Position numbers and translations under genes: made by a program. The notes beneath the pieces are model-generated. The model saw only the letters and a list, made by a program, of their open reading frames with translations. It made no database searches and had not been told where the DNA came from. Shown here piece by piece: positions 57,331 to 64,000 of a DNA stretch of 64,000 nucleotides (position 1 is the stretch's first letter; every line of letters begins with the position of its first letter). Source of the DNA: the human T2T-CHM13v2.0 reference genome, Homo sapiens; NCBI RefSeq assembly GCF_009914755.1, contig NC_060926.1. One strand, 5' to 3'.

Positions 57331-58264
57331 TTCTTCCTTCCTTCTTTGACATTATCTTCAGTCTATTTTCATTTTCTTCAGTCTCCCTGCATACAACCTA
57401 GCTCCTGTGACTGGCTGCCACCACCACCCACCCCTGCCAAATGGATGCCCTCCTCATGTGGCCACCCACTCCGAGTGCAGTTTCTCTTTTCCATCAACCT
57501 CCGACATTCTATGCAGAATTGCTTCTGCCTTTCCCACTGCCACCATCACTCTTCTGGGAGGGCAGTCCTCTGCAAGCCCACTTGGGATCCAATATTCTAT
57601 GTTGTTCTATCATCGGGCTGGCACACATATCCACTTCATCCTGTTTATGTTCCAGCAGTCCACACTGGGCCATGCTGGGCCTTTCAAGCATGCGTGCCTG
57701 GTGGCTTATGAACCTAATTATTCAGGGAGGAAGAAAGGAGCACAGACAGGCAGAAAGGGAGAAAGGGTAATAGGAAGAAAGAGAATTTTAAATGATCAGG
57801 AAAGTCAGAACCTAAGAGGTCCTTATGAAAGTGTTATTATATTTTTTAATGGTTCGATTTTGAGGGTTTTTTACTCTTGTTTTCTCTACTCTTATTACCT
57901 TTGTTCAAATATGCTGTTTTTCAGCCTGTCTTGTATATATTTATTGGAATTGTGGTTTTTTTTCAATGTTTTTTATTTTGGTGGCCTCGTGTATTATCAA
58001 TTTTTGGACATTCCTTATGTTATTTTTAAAATAAAGCACATTTTTTATTTTCATTGTGTAACATATATAAATATCTCCTAGGTTGCATACATTCATTATA
58101 ATATCCAGATTTTCTTCTTCCTTACTTATGTTTATCTACCCTATTTTTAAAAACTTAGGAAATGTATCAAAGTCTTCCTTACATAACAATTCTATTTCGA
58201 TATCTCCTTCATCGTCTCGTAGTTTTGTTTCATATATCATGAAAAGATATTATTTAGCACATAA

Positions 58265-58450
58265 AGTTCCAAGAGAGTTTAGCATAGTGTTTAAGAGCAG
58301 AAAACAGGACTCAGACTTACCTATTGTGTTACTTAAACTACAGTTTCCTCACCTGTAAAATAATTATAATTACCTCATGGGTTTTTTATTTGTATCCAAT
58401 TGCTGTAAAGTTCCTAGAATAATGTCCAAGTTCTAATATAGGCTACTTAA
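58265..58450 (+). mobile_element. MIR fragment
   Basis: 'agcatagtgtttaagagcag...cagtttcctcacctgtaaaataattataattacctcatggg'. Confidence 0.7.
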
Positions 58451-59429
58451 GTTCTATTATAGAAATAAATGTAAGTGATATGTTTATGGGAATTATATAT
58501 TTAACAAATATACCAAACCATGTTAATCATTTGCTGGTCTACTTAATATAGTCTATCTTGTGTTTAACTATATCTAATGTTAACCTTTCTATCTCTCTTG
58601 CTCTGTTTTGTTTTGCTCTTGGTTTTCATTTTTCCAGTATTTCTGCAAATATTTTTATTTTTCTGAATCTTTTTTTCTCTTACTTAGAACATTATGTGAG
58701 TTTGTTTATTAATCATATTAAACTCCTTGCTTTTAATACATGAATTGAATATACCTGTGCTTATTTTTATAACAAAATTTGAACTATTTTCATTGTAATT
58801 TACAGTTTCTGTTTTTATTCTTACTAGCTCTTTCTTTCTATTTCAACCTTTTACTACATTTTCCATGTTTTATTGAAAGTAGCTCCGTGCTCCCCATGTC
58901 CCAACATGGAAATTTGAAAGTTGTATAGTTCACTTCTGTTAATCTCATGATTACTTTTAAAGCCTTACATATTTGGGTGTAAACTTACACTTTTTATTTA
59001 GCAACTTCTGAAATGTTGCCTCCCTTACGAACTATTTAAAAACTTAATTTGTATTTCTTCCTACTTTCTCTGTCTGTGCCACCTCTGATTTCTTCACAAT
59101 AGACAGTGAGCTTTTTGTTTCACTCTCTTAGTATTGCTCTTTTATTTACATTGGTTTATGCTTTTCAAAAATTGTAGTATGTATATGTTATTTTACAATT
59201 AAAATGTAAAAAATATGATATCTACACAACTTCCTTCTTTCTGTGGTTGAATTATGTCTTTGAGTTGATTTTTTAGGACAAACACATATGCAATAGAGTT
59301 TTTGGACTCTTTAATATTTGAGCATTTGTATCTACTTCCTATACATGTTATAATAAATTTATCTTAGTATACAATCCTGGAGTCACCCACTACCCTCAAA
59401 ACATTATAGAAATTGTTCCATTGTCTTCT

Positions 59430-61600
59430 TTTTCCTTCAGTTTTTTTATTATAAAAATGTCCATATGTAGAGCCAAGTCAAAAGAATTTTACAATGAACA
59501 CCCCAAAACTAACCACTTAGCTTCTACCATTAGCACTTTACCATCTGTGCATGATCACACATGCATCCATCTATACATCTGTGTATCTATTCATTCATCC
59601 ATTTTATTTTGGGATGCTTTTGAAATAAATTGAATGTAATAGTACATTTCTCCCTCCAAATACTTCACATTTATATAACTAACTGGACTCTAATGTGTTT
59701 ATAACTTTTAAATCAATAAATTACATTCAATGAAATGTATAAATCTTAAATCCATATTTGCAACATTTTGGCAAATGGATTTATCTGTGTAACCCGACCT
59801 CCTCTATAGAGACAGATTACTATTACCATCACAAAGAGTTCCCTAATACCTCTCCCAAGTAAATTCACATCCTAGTTCCCTAAGTTAATAATTAACAACT
59901 GCTTTTTTTGTATCAATATATATTAATTCTGTATTTTTAGATTCCGTAAAAAATGGAATTATATACTCTGTATTCTTGTGTGCAAGGTTTTCTTCATTTT
60001 CCATACTTTGAAGATGCAGCTAGTTATGAGTATTACTATATGCTTTCATCTTTGGTCTTCTTGAATTAGATTTTTGTTTTATTTATTTATTTATTTATTA
60101 TTTTTTAATGTATTTATTTTTATTTATTTATTATTTTATTTATTTATTTATTCATTATTTTATTTATTTATTTATTTATTAAAAATGAGATTTTATTTAT
60201 TATTTTATTTTATTTATTTTATTTTTATTATTTAATCTTTAAATAATGTATGTTACATTAATTGATTTATCAATGTTATCACATAAACTTACTTTGGATA
60301 CATTTTACTTGATCATGTATCCATGTATGTTGCTCATTTTGATTTCTTAATATTTGGCTAAAAATTTTTACAACTATTGTCATGAGGTATATTGGTGTAT
60401 AATTCTCTTGTGGATAATATATCAGGTTTTGGTTATAGGTTTAGGCTAGATTCTATCTTCTAATGCAGTTTGAGTTATGTCATTTTTCCTTTATTAAATA
60501 TTTAATAGAACTCACCAATGAGAATATTTGTACTTGGAGTTTTATTTGTGGAAATGTTTTTTCTTCATAAAAATTCTATTTCTTCAATAGGATATAGAAG
60601 TATTCAAATTTTCTGTGTGATCTTGTGTCAGTTCTGGTATTTTGCAAATAAATGTTGTCTATTTAAGTTCTAATAATTATTTGCTTAGAGTTCTTCAAGC
60701 TTTCTGAATCTTTAAATTTGTCTTTTGCTATACTTGTGAAATTATCTTCAAATATATTTTCAACCTGGTTACTTCTCTTCTACTGGGACTCTGATTACAT
60801 CTACACTATGTGGTTTGATATTGATGACACAAGTCCCTGAGGCACTGTTCACTCTTTATAAATTTTGTTTCTGTTTTATTCATATTGGATCAATATTCAA
60901 GGTCACTGATTGTTTTCTCTTCTACTGTATTCTGGTATTAAACCTATCCAGTGAATTTTAAATTTTAGATATTATATTTTAAGCTGTAGAATTTTTATTA
61001 CATATTTCTACTCATAACTTGAAAATTCTTACTTTTTCATTAATTGCAAGCATATTTCCTATTACTAAATGGCTGCTTTAAAGTTTTTGTGTGCCAATTC
61101 CAACATCTAGTTCATTTTGGCATTCGTCTTTTCTCTCTAGTCTTATTAAATTTTTCTGTACCATTATATGTATAATTTTGGATTGTATCCTGCGCCTTAT
61201 GAATGTTTTGTTTGTCTGTTTCCTTTTTTTGTGGAGACTTATGTCTGGTAATGTTCCTTCAGAGTTTTCAGTGGTTTTAAAAGGCAATTAACTTCATTTA
61301 ACTCAAATTGCAAACACTGATTTTTGGGTGACAGCTCAAAAGTTGAGTGACAGTTGGGCTAGTTTGTGAATGCTTTGCATATATGCTTTGTTCATTTTCC
61401 GTCAGGTACTTGAGCAGAGTTTATGCATATCATTTGGGGCAGCCCCCTTTTAGCTCTCTCCTTTGCAATATTCCTCTTTTACTTTCCGGCTCTCCTCTTA
61501 GATAAACTGAATTTTCTACCAGTGTTTTAGCCTTTCTGTGCAGTGTCTGCACTTAAGCTAAAAGTTATAAAAGTGGGAGTGTTAGCCACACTAGAAGCAA
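59430..61600 (-). mobile_element. Patchwork of old L1M/L1ME antisense fragments
   Basis: 'catgaggtatattggtgtataattctc', 'aatagaactcaccaatgag', 'aaacctatccagtgaattttaaattttagatatt'. Confidence 0.55.
60071..60235. repeat. (TTTA)n-type AT-rich low-complexity tract
   Basis: ~165 bp of almost exclusively T/A repeats. Confidence 0.9.
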
Positions 61601-62956
61601 AAGTCCTACTCCATTGTTTTCTGTCATTTAATGTTGATTAATAAATGAATGCAAGTATCCTTCTTATTTCTCCAGCTTCTTCTATCCATATTTCCTAAGA
61701 TTCTTTCTTTGATTTTTAAATTTGGTAAATTCAACAATGTAAGTCTCACTATCGTATTTTTTTTTCTGGATTACTGTGAACTATTTCAATCTATTTATTT
61801 ATAAATACTATCTGTATTTTCTATCCAATGTACTTTTCTATTTCATTATTTCAATTTTCTTCTTCAGTCATATCAACTATCCATGTATTAATATGCTTTG
61901 CCTTTCCATTCTATCAGCTCTTCTCTAAATCTTTCATATCTGTCTTTTCCTCTGCTCTTTAAGATATTTTTCTTCAATCGCTCTTATTAAAATTATACTC
62001 TGATTCTCAGAGTTTTTAAATCTATCTTTGACACAATGGTTTTGCATATAGTCTATGTTTATTTTCTTCATTTCTTGGTATTTCTTGATTCCTAATTACC
62101 AGGGAATATGAGAAGTACTTAATACATCTCAGTTGCTGAGTGAAGAATCTAGTATATATTAAATTAATGTTTCCCACATTTTATAGTATAGAGGCTAGAA
62201 CCAATGCCTGATTTCAATGTTGCTACTGTATACCACTTGTATTTTTATTTGTTTCTATTTCAAGCTGATTTGTAGAGGTAAATTGTAAATCTGTGCATAT
62301 ATCACCATTTTCCCTAGAAATGTGACTTTTATATTTTTCTATACAACATCCTAATCTGAATAGATAACAATTTGGTGAGTATTCAAACTTCATCTCTTTT
62401 AAAAAATTAATTTATCTATTTTATTATAAATTGACAGATCATAGTTGTATAGATTTCAAGGGTACAAAGTGATGTTATGATTTATAAATGTAATCTGGAA
62501 TAATTAAGTCAAGCTAATTAATATAGCCATCATTTCAAATGCTTATCATTGTTGTAATTAGAACATTTGAAATTTGTTCTCAATGATTTTGAAATGTACA
62601 AGATGTGATTATTAACTATATTCACCATACTGTGCAATGGATTTTAAAAAAAATTGTTATTCCTCTCCTTTGATGCTTTGTACCTTTGAACCACCATCTC
62701 CCCATTAACCCCAATCCCCAGCCTCTGTAAATCACCATTCTACTTTCTGCTTTTTTGATGTATTTGATTGTTCTAGAGTCTACATGTGAGTGAGAACATG
62801 CACTATTTGTCTTTCTGTGACTGGCTTCTTTTACCTTCATATAATGTCCTCCAGGTTTATCCATGTTGCTGCAAATAACAATAAATTCGTAAATTTTTTT
62901 TTATTTTTTAAGGCTGAATAATACTTCATTGTGTATATATATACCACATTTTCTTT

Positions 62957-63850
62957 TTAGAAACCTTCTTTTAATGAAAGCAAATTTTTCTTTCTCAAAA
63001 TTAGTTTAGATTTAGGGGGTACATATGCAGGCTTGTTACATGTATACAATGCATATACATAGAATGGTTTTGCAGTATGGTTTGGGCTTCTAGTGGACCC
63101 ACCCCCAATAGTAAACATTGTACCCAATAGTGATTTTTAAACCCTGACTCCCCTCCTATGCTTCCCCTTTTTCAGTTCCCCAGTGTCCATTATTTCCATC
63201 TTTATGTCCACATGTAATTTAGCTCCCACTTATGTGAGAATGTGTGGTATTTGATTATCTGATTTTGAGTGATTTCACTTAGGATAATGGCTCCAGCTCC
63301 TCCCATGTTGCTACAAAGGGTGTGATCTCATTCTCTTTTTATGGCTGCATAGTATTTCATGGTACATATATACCACATTTTCTCAACCAGTCAACTGTTG
63401 ATGAACACTTACATTGATTTCATGACTTTGCTGTTGTGAACAGTGCTTTGAGAAACATACTAGTGCAGTTGTTATTTTACACAATGATTTCTTTTCCAAG
63501 GGAAGGGAAGGAAAGGGGAGGGGAGGTGAGAGGAGCGGAGGGGAGGGGCAAGGGGAGGAGAAGTGGGGGGGGAGAGAGGGGAGAAGAGAGGAGGGGAGAA
63601 GGTGGGGGAGGGGAGGGGAAATGAGGGGGAGGGGAAAGGAGAGGGAGGATAAAGTAGGGGGAGGGGAAAAGAGGGGAGGGGGAGGGGTAGTGTGGTGGGT
63701 TTGCTGGGTGGAATGGTAGTTATATTTTTAGTTTTTTGAGAAATCTTCATATTCTTTTCCATAGAGGTTGTGTTAATTAAAATTCTCACCAACTGTATGA
63801 GAATTTGCATAGAATTTACAGGCGTTTCCTTTTCTTCACATCCATGGCAA
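62957..63850 (-). mobile_element. L1PB/L1PA16-like 3' end nested in L1MA
   Basis: 'ttagggggtacatatgcaggcttgttacatg...tttgggcttctagtggaccc...aacattgtacccaatag'; 12-bp TSD CACATTTTCTTT at 62945-62956 and 63851-63862. Confidence 0.85.
63498..63687. repeat. Polypurine (GGGGA/GGAAG)n low-complexity tract
   Basis: ~190 bp of almost pure G/A with numerous G3-G8 runs. Confidence 0.95.
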
Positions 63851-64000
63851 CACATTTTCTTTATCCATTCATTGTTGGATAGACACAAGGTTGATTTGAT
63901 AACTTGGTTGTTGTGAATAGTACTGCAATGAACGTGGAAGTGCAGACATCTCTTTGGCATACTGATTTCATGTCTTTTGGGTAAATACTCAGGAGTGGGA

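Larger units (their letters stand above)
62395..64000 (-). mobile_element. L1MA 3' end (host), interrupted at 62957-63850 and running off the window end
   Basis: 'ttaagtcaagctaattaatatagccatc...tcctccaggtttatccatgttgctgcaaat...cacattttcttt' resumes as 'cacattttctttatccattc'. Confidence 0.85.

Noticed and set aside
57407-58081. 224-aa ORF and overlapping 109-121-aa ORFs
   Set aside because: No recognisable domain, non-ATG start, a low-complexity F/Y/I-rich tail from T-rich old L1 sequence and no splice context
63436-63960. Gly/Glu-rich and Pro-rich ORFs
   Set aside because: Translations of the polypurine tract and L1 3' sequence

Overview
This window is AT-rich, CpG-poor, repeat-dense hominoid (human-like) genomic DNA, probably intergenic or deep intronic. 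I found no host protein-coding exon, RNA gene or prokaryotic-type system. Nearly all ORFs in the track are pieces of LINE-1, Alu or LTR elements. The main feature is a full-length L1PA2-type LINE-1 (39984-46029, 16-bp TSD). It has an intact 5'UTR, an intact antisense ORF0 and an intact ORF1, but ORF2 is broken by four frameshifts (-1,-4,-4,-1). Around it lie several older L1s, one 5'-inverted with deletions, five Alus (one 3'-truncated yet TSD-flanked), solo LTRs (MER4-group, MER77-like, MLT2A2, THE1C), ERVL gag/pro/pol fossils, DNA transposon MITEs (MER58A, MER44, Charlie1-type, MER30, MADE1), MIR/L2 relics and microsatellites. A few repeat-free stretches look like candidate conserved enhancers. 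Subfamily names come from recalled consensus sequences and need RepeatMasker/Dfam confirmation. I do not see evidence for a genuinely new biological system; the findings are unusual insertion or mutation structures and regulatory hypotheses.
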